Below, piece after piece: positions 10,993 to 21,757 of a stretch of DNA of 64,000 nt. Origin of the DNA: Trueperaceae bacterium (GTDB lineage Bacteria; Deinococcota; Deinococci; Deinococcales; Trueperaceae); NCBI GenBank assembly GCA_035703635.1, contig DASSXV010000007.1, positions 1 to 64,000 on the forward strand. Reading direction: 5' to 3'. The notes below the pieces were generated by a model. It saw only the letters and a list, made by a program, of their open reading frames with translations, was not told the origin of the DNA and did not search any database. The first letter of the stretch is position 1; each line of letters begins with the position of its first letter. Position numbers and translations under genes: made by a program.

Positions 10993-11789
10993 TAATCAAG
11001 CGCCGCAGCGAGCTAGAGATCATGGCGGAGGCAGCGGTCATCAACCGCGAGGCCCTCGCGGTGGTCGAGGCTGCCGTGGCGCCCGGTGTTACGACCAGCG
11101 AGTTGAACGCGCTGGCCGAAGATGCTATCCTCTCACGCGGCGGGAAGCCCGCTTTCAAAGGCTATAACGGCTTTCCTGCCACGATTTGCGCCAGCCCTAA
11201 CGAGGTCGTCGTTCACGGTTTCCCGAACGACCGCCACTTGAGGGAAGGCGATGTAATCTCGATCGACATCGGAACCTTCTACCGCGGGTACGCGGCCGAT
11301 ATGGCGCGCACCTATGCGGTTGGCAAGGTTTCCGTCGATGCCAGCAGGCTCCTCGAGGTCACCGAGCGCTCTTTGTACGCCGGTATCGAGAGGGCCCAAG
11401 CGGGCAACCGTTTAGGCGATGTTTCCGCGGCCATTCAGGACGTCGTCGAAGCGGCCGGTTACTGGGTAGTCCGAGAGTTCGTGGGTCACGGCATCGGTCG
11501 TGAGTTCCACGAGGGACCGGAAGTGCCCAACTTTGGTCGTGCCGGTACAGGACCTGTTCTCCGTCCTGGCCTCGTTCTGGCGATCGAGCCCATGGTGGCT
11601 CAGCGGCGCTCACGCGTCGTCATCGCCGACGACGGCTGGACGGCATCCACTGAGAACGGGAGCCTAGCGGCACATTTCGAGCACACCGTAGCCATCACTG
11701 AAGATGGTCCTTGGGTGCTGACAGCAAGCGGCGGTACGGGAGTCAAGAACGCCAACCCGACTGCCCCAGGAGGTGTGCATGGCGCGTAA
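10989..11789 (+). CDS. map: Type I methionine aminopeptidase
   Basis: [30 protein letters not shown]. Confidence 0.97.
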   Translation: MIIKRRSELEIMAEAAVINREALAVVEAAVAPGVTTSELNALAEDAILSRGGKPAFKGYNGFPATICASPNEVVVHGFPNDRHLREGDVISIDIGTFYRGYAADMARTYAVGKVSVDASRLLEVTERSLYAGIERAQAGNRLGDVSAAIQDVVEAAGYWVVREFVGHGIGREFHEGPEVPNFGRAGTGPVLRPGLVLAIEPMVAQRRSRVVIADDGWTASTENGSLAAHFEHTVAITEDGPWVLTASGGTGVKNANPTAPGGVHGA

Positions 11790-12048
11790 GAGATCGGGTC
11801 CTCCCAGAAAACCACGTGTAGAGCGGCAGGAAGAAACGACGCAAGATACTATCCGCACCGAAGGCGTGGTACTAGAAGCGCGCCCCAATACGACCTTCTT
11901 GGTCCAGTTGGACGCAGGACCTGAGATTCTTGCCCACGTTGGAGGCAAGATGCGCCGTCACTACATCCGCATTCTGCCGGGCGACCGCGTCGTCCTGGAG
12001 ATCAGCACCTACGACCCCGAGAAGGGTCGCATCGTCTACCGTAAGTAG
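11779..12048 (+). CDS. infA: Translation initiation factor IF-1 with basic N-terminal extension
   Basis: [21 protein letters not shown]...KGRIVYR; SD GGAGG before ATG 11779. Confidence 0.96.
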   Translation: MARKRSGPPRKPRVERQEETTQDTIRTEGVVLEARPNTTFLVQLDAGPEILAHVGGKMRRHYIRILPGDRVVLEISTYDPEKGRIVYRK

Positions 12049-12064
12049 GAGTAGGAGTTGGAGC

Positions 12065-12181
12065 ATGAAAGTAAGGGCTTCAGTGAAACCAATGTGTGAT
12101 AAGTGCAAAGTCGTTCGCCGCCACGGTCGCGTATACGTGATCTGCCCAGTGAACCCGACGCATAAGCAAAGGCAGGGCTGA
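12065..12181 (+). CDS. rpmJ: 50S ribosomal protein L36 (zinc-ribbon form)
   Basis: [38 protein letters not shown]. Confidence 0.97.
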   Translation: MKVRASVKPMCDKCKVVRRHGRVYVICPVNPTHKQRQG

Positions 12182-12183
12182 GA

Positions 12184-12564
12184 GTGGCGCGTATCGCAGG
12201 CGTTGACTTGCCGCGCGACAAGCGCATCGAGGCCGCGCTGCCGTACATCTACGGCATCGGCTGGAGCCGCTCTGTCGAGATCCTGGCCAAGGCCGAGGTC
12301 GATGCCAGCACGCGCGTCAAGGACCTCACCGAGTCAGAAGTCACGCGCTTGCGTGAAGTCGTCGACCGCGACTACAAGGTCGAGGGCGACTTGCGCCGCG
12401 AGGTGCAGCTCAACATCAAGCGCTTGATGGACATCGGCTGCTACCGCGGCTTGCGCCATCGGCGTGGCTTGCCCGTCCGCGGGCAGTCTACGAAAACCAA
12501 CGCACGCACCCGCAAGGGCCCGCGTCGCACCGTCGCAGGCAAGAAGAAGGCCGCGCGGAAGTAA
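12184..12564 (+). CDS. rpsM: 30S ribosomal protein S13
   Basis: [36 protein letters not shown]. Confidence 0.98.
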   Translation: MARIAGVDLPRDKRIEAALPYIYGIGWSRSVEILAKAEVDASTRVKDLTESEVTRLREVVDRDYKVEGDLRREVQLNIKRLMDIGCYRGLRHRRGLPVRGQSTKTNARTRKGPRRTVAGKKKAARK

Positions 12565-12577
12565 GGGACGCTGACCT

Positions 12578-12967
12578 ATGGCCAAGACGAACAAGAACAC
12601 GAAGAAGCGGGTCAAGCGCTCCCTCTCAGAGGGCAAGGCGTTCATCCACGCTTCGTACAACAACACCATCGTCACGATCACGGACATGGATGGCAACACC
12701 GTGGCGTGGTCGTCGTCCGGCTCGATCGGCTACAAGGGCTCCAAGAAGGGCACTCCGTACGCCGCCCAGCTGGCCGCAGCAGACGCGACCCGTAAGGCTC
12801 AGAACATGGGCGTTTCGCAGGTCGACATCGTCATCCGTGGAACGGGCTCTGGCCGCGAGCAGGCCATTCGCTCCATTCAGGCTACGGGCGTCAACGTCCG
12901 CACCATCATCGATGACACCCCCACCCCCCACAACGGCTGCCGCCCGCGGAAGCGGAAGCGCCCCTAA
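12578..12967 (+). CDS. rpsK: 30S ribosomal protein S11
   Basis: [25 protein letters not shown]. Confidence 0.98.
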   Translation: MAKTNKNTKKRVKRSLSEGKAFIHASYNNTIVTITDMDGNTVAWSSSGSIGYKGSKKGTPYAAQLAAADATRKAQNMGVSQVDIVIRGTGSGREQAIRSIQATGVNVRTIIDDTPTPHNGCRPRKRKRP

Positions 12968-13005
12968 GTTAGGGCGCGGCCCCATGATGGGGGCCTAGGA
13001 GAAAC

Positions 13006-13623
13006 ATGGGTCGATACACAGGACCGATAGTCAAGATTTGCAGGCGAGAAGGCGCGAACCTGGCGGAGACGCCGAAGGTTCAGCGTTACATGGAGCGCCA
13101 CCCGTACCCACCGGGCCAGCACGGTCAGCGCCGCAGGCGTAAGCCGAGTGACTACGGGGTTCGTCTCCGCGAGAAGCAGAAGCTGCGCTTCTACTACAAC
13201 ATGAGCGAGAAGCAGTTCCGCAACCTCTTCGAGGAAGCTGAACGCGCCGAGGGTTCGACGGGCACCGTCTTCCTTCAACTGCTCGAGTCGCGACTAGACA
13301 ACGTGGTTTACCGCCTCGGCATCGGCTACACCCGCCGCCAGGCGCGGCAGTTCGTGGCTCACGGGCATATCGCGGTCAACGGCAAGCGCCTCGACATCCC
13401 CTCGTACCGCGTGCGGCCAGGCGACGTCATCGAGGTCACGGCCAGCGCCAAGAAGAACCCCGTGATCCAAGCCAACATCGAGGACCGGAAGCGGGGCAAG
13501 TTGAACCCGTGGCTCGAGTTCGATGCCGAGGCCATGAAGGGTCGCTTCTTGCACCGCCCTTCCCGCGAGGACATCATGGTGCCCGTCAACGAACTTCAGG
13601 TCATCGAGTACTACTCGCGCTAA
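13006..13623 (+). CDS. rpsD: 30S ribosomal protein S4
   Basis: [31 protein letters not shown]. Confidence 0.98.
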   Translation: MGRYTGPIVKICRREGANLAETPKVQRYMERHPYPPGQHGQRRRRKPSDYGVRLREKQKLRFYYNMSEKQFRNLFEEAERAEGSTGTVFLQLLESRLDNVVYRLGIGYTRRQARQFVAHGHIAVNGKRLDIPSYRVRPGDVIEVTASAKKNPVIQANIEDRKRGKLNPWLEFDAEAMKGRFLHRPSREDIMVPVNELQVIEYYSR

Positions 13624-13664
13624 GCGGCGAGCACACGATTTAAGTCGCTACCGAGGAGGTACCG

Positions 13665-14603
13665 GTGCACATCATCCCAGATTTCAAAGCCAAGGTCTCG
13701 GGCAGTTACGGCGAGTTCGTCGTTGAGCCGCTACCGCGCGGCTACGGCGTTACTCTCGGCAACCCGCTGCGGCGCATCCTGCTGTCGTCGGTTCCAGGCA
13801 CTGCCGTGACGAGCGTTTACATCGAGGACGTCTTGCACGAGTTCTCGACCATCGATGGGGTGAAGGAGGATGTCATGCAGATCATCCTCAACCTCAAGGA
13901 CTTAGTCGTGAAGATGCACGACGAGGACCCCGTCACCCTTACGCTCCGCGTCGACCAGCCTGGCAACGTCACAGCCAAGGACTTCGATGTTCCTTCGAAC
14001 GCCGAGGTAGTGAACCCCGACCTGCACATCGCCACCATCTCGAAGGGCGGCAGGTTGGTAATGGAAGTGCGCGTCGAGCGCGGCGTCGGCTACGTTCCGG
14101 CTGAGGTGCACGGCACCAAGGACCGCATCAACTCGATCCCCGTCGACGCCATCTATACGCCGGTGCGGCGCGTCGCCTACCGCGTGGAAGACACGCGCGT
14201 CGGGCAGCGCACTGACCTTGACCGCCTCACCTTGCGCGTGTGGACGGACGGCAGCGTCGATCCGCGTGACGCGCTTGATACCGCTGTCGATACGCTGCGC
14301 AGCCAGTTGAACGTCTTCAACGGCGAGGGCTTCGTTGAGGAGGAGACTCCTCCCGCCATCGTCTTGTCACCGACGAAGGCTGCCGCGGAGGAAGAAGCGG
14401 TAGAGGAAGTCACGTTGAGCCTCGAGAGCCTCGACCTTTCGAGCCGCGTCCTGCACTCGTTGCAGGAGGAGGGCATCGACTCCGTCAATGCCTTGCTGGC
14501 GCTGTCGGAACGCGACCTCAAGAAGGTCGGCGGAGTGGGCGAGAAGTCGCTCGACGAGATCAAAGAGCGCCTCGCGGCGCGCGGCTTCAGCCTTAAGGAG
14601 TAA
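13665..14603 (+). CDS. rpoA: RNA polymerase subunit alpha
   Basis: [40 protein letters not shown]. Confidence 0.98.
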   Translation: MHIIPDFKAKVSGSYGEFVVEPLPRGYGVTLGNPLRRILLSSVPGTAVTSVYIEDVLHEFSTIDGVKEDVMQIILNLKDLVVKMHDEDPVTLTLRVDQPGNVTAKDFDVPSNAEVVNPDLHIATISKGGRLVMEVRVERGVGYVPAEVHGTKDRINSIPVDAIYTPVRRVAYRVEDTRVGQRTDLDRLTLRVWTDGSVDPRDALDTAVDTLRSQLNVFNGEGFVEEETPPAIVLSPTKAAAEEEAVEEVTLSLESLDLSSRVLHSLQEEGIDSVNALLALSERDLKKVGGVGEKSLDEIKERLAARGFSLKE

Positions 14604-14606
14604 TTG

Positions 14607-14963
14607 ATGCGCCATATGATCCGCGGCCGCAAACTGAACCGCTCCAGCAGTCACCGTTCCGCCTTGGCGCGTAGCCAGGCGACGGCGCTGCTGCGGCACG
14701 GCCGCATTAAGACGACCCTCACGAAGGCCAAGAGCCTCCAGCCTTTCGTAGAGAAGCTCATCACGACAGCTCGTGGTGGCGACCTTCACTCGCGCCGCTT
14801 GGTCGCGCGTGAGATTCAGGACCTCGCCGTTCAACGCAAGTTGATGGATGAGATCGCTCCGCGCTACGCGGCGCGCCCGGGCGGCTACACCCGCATCTAC
14901 CGCCTCACCACTCGCCGTGGTGACGGGGTGCAGGAAGCCCTGATCGAACTCGTCAACGACTGA
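14607..14963 (+). CDS. rplQ: 50S ribosomal protein L17
   Basis: [30 protein letters not shown]. Confidence 0.98.
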   Translation: MRHMIRGRKLNRSSSHRSALARSQATALLRHGRIKTTLTKAKSLQPFVEKLITTARGGDLHSRRLVAREIQDLAVQRKLMDEIAPRYAARPGGYTRIYRLTTRRGDGVQEALIELVND

Positions 14964-15008
14964 CGAACTGCTCGGAGCCCGTTTGGGCTGGCTAGACCCT
15001 AGTTTGTG

Positions 15009-15049
15009 ACCGGCGTCCGTCCTCGAGTGAGGCGGGCGCCGGTTCCTTT
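15009..15049 (+). terminator. Intrinsic terminator-like hairpin closing the ribosomal superoperon
   Basis: ACCGGCGTCCGTCCTC-GAGT-GAGGCGGGCGCCGGT followed by TCCTTT; lies between convergent rplQ and deoB. Confidence 0.7.
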
Positions 15050-15068
15050 GTAAGCGCTTGCCCCGCGC

Positions 15069-16214
15069 CTACTGAGCGAAGCTGGTGCCTTCGCCGCTCC
15101 AGTCGACTCCTAGCAAGTGGGCCACGGTGGCGCCGACGTCCGCGAAGGTGGCTCTAGTGCCTAGGCTGCGCGGCGCTTTGCCTGGTTGGTAGAAGGCGAG
15201 GAGCCCATACTCTCGCGTGTGGTCCGTTCCTTGCCAGGTTGGGTCGTTGCCGTGGTCACTGACGATGATCAACGCGTCGTCTGGGCCGATGGCGGCCAGC
15301 AGCTGAGGTAGGTAGTCGTCGAACGCCTTGAGGGCGGCGGCGTAGCCGTGCGCATCGCGGCGGTGGCCGTACAGGGAGTCGAACTCGACGAGGTTGGTGA
15401 ACACTAGCCCGTCGGGCCGTGCCTTGGCGAGTTCAAGCGTGCGTTCCATGCCGAGGGTGTTCGTTCCCGCCGCCACCTCGCGCGTGAAGCCGCGGTGAGC
15501 GTAGATGTCCGGGATCTTGCCGACGCCGATCACCTCCTTGCCTGCGGCATGAAGGGCGTCCAGCACGTTGGGTGGCGGCGCGACGGAGTAGTCGTGCCGC
15601 TTGTCGCCCAATCGCTCGAACGCGCCAGGGACGCCCTTGAACGGCCTGGCGATGACGCGCGCTACCTTGTTGTCGCCTTGCAGGATGCCGCGCGCCGCTA
15701 TGCACCAGGCATAGAGCGTGTCGAGCGGGACGACGTCTACGTGGGCGGCCACTTGAAAGACGCTGTCGGCGCTGGTGTAGACGATGGGGTAGCCGGTGCG
15801 CAGGTGCTCTGCACCGAGTTCGTCGAGGATCGTCGTTCCTGAGGCGGGGTAGTTGCCGAGGTGACCGCGGCCGGTGGCCGCGTCGAAGCGTCGCATGACG
15901 TCGTCCGGGAACCGCTCGAAAGTGCGGAACGGCTGGTCTACGATCACGCCCATGAACTCCCAATGGCCGGTGGTCGTGTCCTTGCCAACGGACCTCTCGG
16001 CGAGGCGACCGTAGCTGGCGTGGGGCGCGGCATTTGACGGCAGGCTCGTGACGCCTTCGATGGCGCCCACGCCCAGACTCGTGAGGTTGGGGAGTTGCAC
16101 GCCGGTGGCGCGCACCGTGTGGTCGATGGTGTGGGAGCCGGCGTCGCCGAAAGCCGCGGCGTCAGGTAAGGCCCCTACTCCAACCGAGTCGAGTACCACG
16201 AGGGTGACGGTCAT
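15069..16214 (-). CDS. deoB: Phosphopentomutase
   Basis: [42 protein letters not shown]...TDHTRE; start moved to ATG 16214. Confidence 0.96.
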   Translation of the reverse strand: MTVTLVVLDSVGVGALPDAAAFGDAGSHTIDHTVRATGVQLPNLTSLGVGAIEGVTSLPSNAAPHASYGRLAERSVGKDTTTGHWEFMGVIVDQPFRTFERFPDDVMRRFDAATGRGHLGNYPASGTTILDELGAEHLRTGYPIVYTSADSVFQVAAHVDVVPLDTLYAWCIAARGILQGDNKVARVIARPFKGVPGAFERLGDKRHDYSVAPPPNVLDALHAAGKEVIGVGKIPDIYAHRGFTREVAAGTNTLGMERTLELAKARPDGLVFTNLVEFDSLYGHRRDAHGYAAALKAFDDYLPQLLAAIGPDDALIIVSDHGNDPTWQGTDHTREYGLLAFYQPGKAPRSLGTRATFADVGATVAHLLGVDWSGEGTSFAQ

Positions 16215-16226
16215 GGCGTGAGTATA
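16215..16226 (-). promoter_or_regulatory. -10 box of leaderless deoB
   Basis: TATACT-CACGCC-ATG on the minus strand; no SD. Confidence 0.7.
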
Positions 16227-16305
16227 TGAGTCGCTGGTCTGCTCATGCGCTGCTAGTCGGTCATAATGCCCCTGTGAACGTGCTGCGGAGCTGTGGCGGG
16301 GTCCT

Positions 16306-18063
16306 GTGAGGACCGATTCTAGTCTGGCGCTGCGCTTCGCCTCCTCACTCGACCGCTTGGCCGAGACGGACGCGCTAGTAGTCGCCGCCACATCTGGCGG
16401 TGCCGATTCTGTTGCCGCAGCGCGGTTACTAGCGGAGACTGGTCGGCCGTTCCTTGTGGCGCACTTCGACCACCGCTTGCGGGAGAACTCGGCGGCGGAT
16501 GCAGCGTTCGTCGAGGAGCTAAGCGCCAAGCTCGGCGCCCCGTTCATGAGAACGTCTGTCGACGTTTCCGCCGTGGCTAGGGAGAAGGGTTGGAACTTGG
16601 AAGACGCCGCCCGCCGGTTGCGTTACGCGTTCCTTCACCGCGTTCTGCGTGGCGCAGGTCGACCGGGCGTCATCCTCGTGGCGCACACGCTGGACGATCA
16701 GGCAGAGACTTTTCTGCTGCAACTCATGCGTGGAGCGGCGTACCCGTCCGGGATGGCGGCAAGGCGAGGGGCGGTGGTCAGGCCGTTGCTTGAGGAGCGC
16801 CGCGAGGAGCTGCGCGCCTACTTGCGCTCCGAGGCACAAACGTGGAGGGAGGACGCCAGCAACCTGGACGTGACGCGTAACCGTGCTTGGCTGCGCCACG
16901 AGGTGCTCCCTAGTCTCGAGTCTCGTTATCGCGGAGTGACCGCGCGCTTGGCGCGCACGGCAGCCGAACTGGCGGGCGCCAAGGACGCCTTGGAGGAACT
17001 CGCCACCGCGCGCTTCGGTAGTTGGCCGCTGGCAACGAAGGCGCTGGCCGGGGCTCCTCCTGCCTTGCGCCGAACCGCCATCGCGTCCGCGCTGCGGGGG
17101 GTGTCCGTGCCGCCCAGCGCCGAGCTCGTCGACGCGCTCGAGTCCGCAGTGCTGCACTCCGCCGCCCTCGGTTCGCGAGCGGCCCCGTGGCAACGCGACG
17201 TGGGCCGCAACGTGCGCGCTTCTGTGGCGTACGGGCAGGTGGCGTTGGCTACTGTGCCAGCTGACGCTGGGAACGATCCTGGCGCTAGGGCGGTGACGAC
17301 TGCGGCCGACTTGCCGGCTGGCGTCGACCCCGCTGTGCTCGAGGGTCGCCCCGCCCTCGTGTTGCGCCACAGGCAGCCAGGCGATCGCATCCGTTTGGCC
17401 GGTGGCTCGAAGTTGGTGAGCGACTTGTTGATAGACCGCAAGGTTCCGCGCGCCGAGCGCGACACCCTCGCGGTGCTGGCCGACGGCGCCGAAGTGCTGT
17501 GGGTGGAGGGCGTAGCGGCCGCAGTGAACTGCGTGCATGACGACGCTACCGCCGACACGCGCTTCATGCGCCTCGCCCTCGAGGAGGCACGCCTCGGGGC
17601 CGCGGAGGGCGAGGTACCCGTTGGCGCCGTCGTGGTGGTCGATGGGGAAGTCGTCGCCACTGCCCATAACCTCACGGAAGCTAGCGGTGACCCTACGGCA
17701 CATGCCGAACTGCTGGCATTGCGGGCGGCGGCGCTCGCCGCTGGCGACTGGCGTTTGCATGACGCCACGCTGTACGTGACGCTCGAACCGTGCGCCATGT
17801 GCCTCGGCGCGGCGCTGCAGGCGCAACTCGGCCGCCTGGTCTTCGGGGCAACCAACGTGCGCGAAGGGGCCCTTGGCGGGGTGGTCGACTTGGCGGCGGC
17901 GCGGTGGAAGCGAGTACCGGAAGTCGTGGGGGGAGTGGAGGCCGCCGCGGCCTCGAAACTGCTGTCGGAGACTTTCAGTGCACGTCGGGTCGCTCCGCGT
18001 GCGGCTCGAGGCGAGGCGGCCGTACCAGCCGCCGATGACGCCCTTCGGGACGGCACGAGTTAA
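16306..18063 (+). CDS. tilS: tRNA(Ile)-lysidine synthase TilS fused to a C-terminal TadA-like tRNA adenosine deaminase
   Basis: PP-loop [31 protein letters not shown]-terminal [21 protein letters not shown]. Confidence 0.93.
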   Translation: MRTDSSLALRFASSLDRLAETDALVVAATSGGADSVAAARLLAETGRPFLVAHFDHRLRENSAADAAFVEELSAKLGAPFMRTSVDVSAVAREKGWNLEDAARRLRYAFLHRVLRGAGRPGVILVAHTLDDQAETFLLQLMRGAAYPSGMAARRGAVVRPLLEERREELRAYLRSEAQTWREDASNLDVTRNRAWLRHEVLPSLESRYRGVTARLARTAAELAGAKDALEELATARFGSWPLATKALAGAPPALRRTAIASALRGVSVPPSAELVDALESAVLHSAALGSRAAPWQRDVGRNVRASVAYGQVALATVPADAGNDPGARAVTTAADLPAGVDPAVLEGRPALVLRHRQPGDRIRLAGGSKLVSDLLIDRKVPRAERDTLAVLADGAEVLWVEGVAAAVNCVHDDATADTRFMRLALEEARLGAAEGEVPVGAVVVVDGEVVATAHNLTEASGDPTAHAELLALRAAALAAGDWRLHDATLYVTLEPCAMCLGAALQAQLGRLVFGATNVREGALGGVVDLAAARWKRVPEVVGGVEAAAASKLLSETFSARRVAPRAARGEAAVPAADDALRDGTS

Positions 18064-18078
18064 TGTCGACCGGTGCGT

Positions 18079-18090
18079 TACACTTGCCCG
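18079..18090 (+). promoter_or_regulatory. -10 box of leaderless lepA
   Basis: TACACT-TGCCCG-GTG. Confidence 0.7.
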
Positions 18091-19878
18091 GTGGAGATTC
18101 GTAACTTCTCGATCATCGCCCATGTTGACCACGGCAAGTCGACTTTGGCGGATCGTATCCTTGAACTCACCCAGAGCATCTCGCTGCGCGAACGCCGCGA
18201 TCAGGTGCTCGACTCGCTTGAGTTGGAGCGCGAACGCGGGATAACCATCAAGGCAACACCTATGCGGCTGCTTTATCAGGCAGACAACGGTAAGAGTTAC
18301 CAGTTCAACCTCATCGACACGCCTGGGCACGTTGACTTCAACTACGAGGTCTCGCGTGCGCTGCGGGCGTGCGAGGGGGTGCTGCTGGTGATCGATGCCG
18401 CTCAGGGCGTGGAGGCGCAGACCATCCAGAACGCCTACCTCGCGTCTGAGAACGGACTCGAGATCCTTCCCGTGATCAACAAGATCGACTTGCCAGCTGC
18501 CGACGTGCCGGGGGCCATCACGGAGCTCGAGGACATCATCGGCGTTCCCGGCGATCACGCAGTGCCCGTCTCCGCTAAGACAGGCGAGAACGTGCGTGCC
18601 GTCCTGGAGGGTATCGTCGCGCACTTGCCGGCGCCGACGGGAGACCCTAACGGCCCGCTGCGCGCCTTCATCTTCGATGCCGTTTACGACGCCTACCAAG
18701 GCGTCATCGCCTTCATTAGGGTGTTCGACGGAACGCTCAAGGCCAAAGACCGCGTGCGTATCTTCTCCACCGGCAAGGTCGTCGAGGTGGAGCGCGTTGG
18801 GTTCTTCAGGCCGGAGCCTACGGTTAGCGGACAGCTCAGTGTCGGCGAGGTCGGGTGGTTCACGGCGGGCATCAAAGAGATCTCCGACACGCAGATCGGC
18901 GACACCATCACGGGCGCTGACAACCCGACTGACAGGCCGATTCCTGGGTTCAAGCCGGCCATGCCCGTGGTCTTCTCGGGCCTGTACCCGACTGACACGG
19001 AAGACTACCCGCGCCTGCGCGAGGCCCTTGAGAAGCTGCGGTTGAACGACGCCGCATTCTCGTTCGAACCTGAGACTTCCGAAGCGCTCGGGTTCGGGTT
19101 CCGCTGCGGCTTCCTTGGGTTGCTGCATGCCGACATCGTGCAGGCGCGGCTCGAGCGTGAGTTCGACCTGTCCCTCATCGCCACTGCGCCTGGGGTGGTC
19201 TACAAGATCGTTACGACCGACGGTGAAGCGTTCGATGTTCAGAACCCCAGCGAGCTGCCGACGCCTGACCGCCTCGAGTCGATCTCTGAACCGTTCGTTG
19301 CGTTGTCGGTCTTCTTGCCTGAGGAGTACGTCGGCGCGGCCATGGGCTTGCTGCAGGAGAAGCGCGGCGAGATGAAGGACATGGTGTATCACGGCCACCG
19401 CGTTGAACTTCGTTATGAAGTTCCGTTCGGCGAGATCCTCTACGACTTCCACGACCGCCTCAAGTCTCTGTCGCGGGGTTATGCCTCCATGGACTATCAG
19501 TTCCTTGGGTACCGCGATGGCGACCTGGTGAAGATCGACGTGCTCGTCAACGACGAGAAGGTCGATGCGCTCTCGATAATCGCGCACCGCGAGAAGGCAT
19601 ACGAAGTCGGCAGGCGCATGGTTGACCGCATGGCCGAGGTCATTCCGCGGCAGATGTTCGCCATACCGATCCAAGCGGCGATCGGCGGCAAGATTCTCGC
19701 GCGCGCGACTGTCAAGGCCTTCCGTAAGGACGTGCTGGCGAAGTGCTACGGTGGCGACATCACGCGTAAGAAGAAGCTGCTCGAGAAGCAGAAGAAGGGC
19801 AAAGCCCGCATGAAGCAGATCGGTACCGTCGAGGTGCCGCAAGAAGCGTTCCTGGCGGTGCTGAGCACGGAGGAGTGA
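18091..19878 (+). CDS. lepA: Translation elongation factor 4 (LepA)
   Basis: [46 protein letters not shown]. Confidence 0.98.
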   Translation: MEIRNFSIIAHVDHGKSTLADRILELTQSISLRERRDQVLDSLELERERGITIKATPMRLLYQADNGKSYQFNLIDTPGHVDFNYEVSRALRACEGVLLVIDAAQGVEAQTIQNAYLASENGLEILPVINKIDLPAADVPGAITELEDIIGVPGDHAVPVSAKTGENVRAVLEGIVAHLPAPTGDPNGPLRAFIFDAVYDAYQGVIAFIRVFDGTLKAKDRVRIFSTGKVVEVERVGFFRPEPTVSGQLSVGEVGWFTAGIKEISDTQIGDTITGADNPTDRPIPGFKPAMPVVFSGLYPTDTEDYPRLREALEKLRLNDAAFSFEPETSEALGFGFRCGFLGLLHADIVQARLEREFDLSLIATAPGVVYKIVTTDGEAFDVQNPSELPTPDRLESISEPFVALSVFLPEEYVGAAMGLLQEKRGEMKDMVYHGHRVELRYEVPFGEILYDFHDRLKSLSRGYASMDYQFLGYRDGDLVKIDVLVNDEKVDALSIIAHREKAYEVGRRMVDRMAEVIPRQMFAIPIQAAIGGKILARATVKAFRKDVLAKCYGGDITRKKKLLEKQKKGKARMKQIGTVEVPQEAFLAVLSTEE

Positions 19879-19881
19879 GGT

Positions 19882-20967
19882 GTGGCAACCGGCGCGATCG
19901 GCCGTGACAGGCAAGGGGAGGTAGCGGCGAGGCGGGGGAGTCCACTCAAGCTGCGTACCCAGGTCGCTCTTGTCATCGCGTTCCTGTCTGCGTTGCCGAA
20001 CATCATCCTGGTTGTAACGGCGCTGTTGCCCGTTTACCGCGCGGCTGACGGTAACGCTGGCGGCATCTTGGGTTGGCCGGTCGCCCTGTGGTTGCTCGGC
20101 GTAGTCGCGCTCTCCGCGCTCGTTGGGTACTTCCTCTCCGGCCAGCTCCTCGCGCCCCTCATGCGAGCCGAGCGCGAGGTCGAGGGCCTGCCGCGCACGG
20201 TTTCGCGCCTCGCCGCCGCACGCGTTCCGGTTAGGGCAGACGATCCGCCGGAAGTAGCGGCACTGAAGGGCTCTTTCAACGCCTTGCTCGCTCAGGTCGA
20301 GGTGCAGGAGTCGCGCCGTAATGCGTTCACGGCCGCCCTCATGCACGACCTCAAGACGCCGCTCATAGCAGCTAACAACCTCCTCAACGTGGTGCGCGAC
20401 GACGATGCGCTCGACCGCGCCAGCCGCGTTGACCTCGTCAAGCGTTTGGGCTCCGAGATGGAAGCCCTCATCGACCTCGTGCAGAAGATGGTCGACGCAC
20501 ACCGCCTCGAACGCTCCGACGTGCCGTTGACGAGGCGCGACGTCAACCTGCTCGAGGTCGTTGACCGAGTGATCCGACGCCTCCAACCGCTGCTGGACGA
20601 GCGCGAGATAGCCGTGTCCATCACCGGCACCGGCCGCGCGCTCGTTGACGAGCGCGAAGCAGAACGCGCCCTCTACAACCTCATCAGCAACGCCGTCAGG
20701 TACGCGAAGAGGCAGATCAGTTTGGAGGTGTTCAACGGCATGGTGCGCCTGCAGGACGACGGCCCTGGCCTGCCTGCGCCGCTCGAGCAACTCGCGATGC
20801 CCTTCGTTGGGCGCACGGTAGAGATCGCGGGCAAGGAGTACGCGGGCGGCACGGGCGGGCTCGGCCTCTTCATCGCAAGGCGCGTGCTCGAGGCCCACGG
20901 TGGTCAGCTCGTTTGTGAAGCTACTGGCCCGAACGGCACGGTCTTCCTGGCCTACTTCGGCCGCTGA
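19882..20967 (+). CDS. Membrane sensor histidine kinase (2 TM, HAMP-like linker, HisKA, HATPase)
   Basis: H-box LMHDLKTPL, N-box NLISNAVRYA, DDGPG, GGLGLFIAR. Confidence 0.92.
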   Translation: MATGAIGRDRQGEVAARRGSPLKLRTQVALVIAFLSALPNIILVVTALLPVYRAADGNAGGILGWPVALWLLGVVALSALVGYFLSGQLLAPLMRAEREVEGLPRTVSRLAAARVPVRADDPPEVAALKGSFNALLAQVEVQESRRNAFTAALMHDLKTPLIAANNLLNVVRDDDALDRASRVDLVKRLGSEMEALIDLVQKMVDAHRLERSDVPLTRRDVNLLEVVDRVIRRLQPLLDEREIAVSITGTGRALVDEREAERALYNLISNAVRYAKRQISLEVFNGMVRLQDDGPGLPAPLEQLAMPFVGRTVEIAGKEYAGGTGGLGLFIARRVLEAHGGQLVCEATGPNGTVFLAYFGR

Positions 20968-20982
20968 GCGAGAGGGATCCAC

Positions 20983-21618
20983 ATGACCGAAGCCAACCGC
21001 CAACCCGCCGACCAAGGCACGGCCGCGCCGCTGCGGGTGCTGATCGCGGATGATCACCCACTCTTCCGGATGGGCTTGGCGCTCGCATTGCGGGCGGAGG
21101 GCCACGAGGTAGTAGCCGAGGCGGAGAACGGTAGGCAGGCCGTCGAGAGGGCGCGCCACGCGGAGGTCGACGTCGTGCTCCTCGACGTGCGCATGCCGGA
21201 ACTCGATGGCATCAGCGCCTGCCGTGACATAACGACTGGTGCCAATCCTCCAACGGTGGTCATGCTCACGACCTTCGATGAACCCGCCGTGATTCAGGCG
21301 GCGCGGGATGCTGGAGCGAGCGCCTACCTCTCGAAGGAGACGGCGCCACGCGAGTTGGCGCGCATGCTGCGTAACATTCTGGCCGCGCCCGAGCGAGACT
21401 GGATGCCCGAGGTGGCGTTGCCGGAGCTGACGCCACGCGAGGCGCAGGCACTGGCTGCGATGGCGCGCGGCCTGAGCAACAAGGCCATCGCTGCAGAGCT
21501 GGGCATAAGCCCGGACACGGTCAAGGACTACCTCGAGAACGTTTACCGCAAGCTTGACGTACGCGACCGCGTGAGCGCCGTGCGCCGGGCGGCGGAGCTG
21601 GGTTTGGTTACGCACTGA
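20983..21618 (+). CDS. NarL/LuxR-family response regulator
   Basis: LIADDHPLFR, LLDVRMP, LTPREAQAL...GLSNKAIA...TVKDY. Confidence 0.95.
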   Translation: MTEANRQPADQGTAAPLRVLIADDHPLFRMGLALALRAEGHEVVAEAENGRQAVERARHAEVDVVLLDVRMPELDGISACRDITTGANPPTVVMLTTFDEPAVIQAARDAGASAYLSKETAPRELARMLRNILAAPERDWMPEVALPELTPREAQALAAMARGLSNKAIAAELGISPDTVKDYLENVYRKLDVRDRVSAVRRAAELGLVTH

Positions 21619-21757
21619 CCTTGGCGGTTGCAGCATGCGCCTAGGTTAGGCACGCTTGATCAGGGACGGTGCCTTGCTCTTGGCCCAAGCCTAGTCCAGC
21701 TAGGCTCATGCCGAGGAGGGCGAACTCGCCTGAGCTGCTTCGCGCAAGCTAGTACGC

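Noticed and set aside
10989-12181. Somewhat more A/T-ending codons in map-infA-rpmJ as a sign of horizontal transfer
   Set aside because: The genes sit in the ancestral secY-adk-map-infA-rpmJ order; the shift is mild and was not quantified
197-14834. Many minus-strand and off-frame ORFs over the ribosomal operon
   Set aside because: Fully overlap unambiguous r-protein genes; typical GC-rich shadow frames
16215-16547. Long N-terminal extension of deoB in the ORF track (likewise for rpsC, rplO, pheT, rimP, aroC, the TPR gene, the lipoprotein and the third pilin)
   Set aside because: True starts are downstream, as shown by where homology begins, stop/start overlaps, SD or -10 geometry
16519-21636. 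1705-aa minus-strand ORF
   Set aside because: Antisense shadow of tilS-tadA, lepA, the kinase and the regulator; high-GC codon bias suppresses stops; no recognisable motifs
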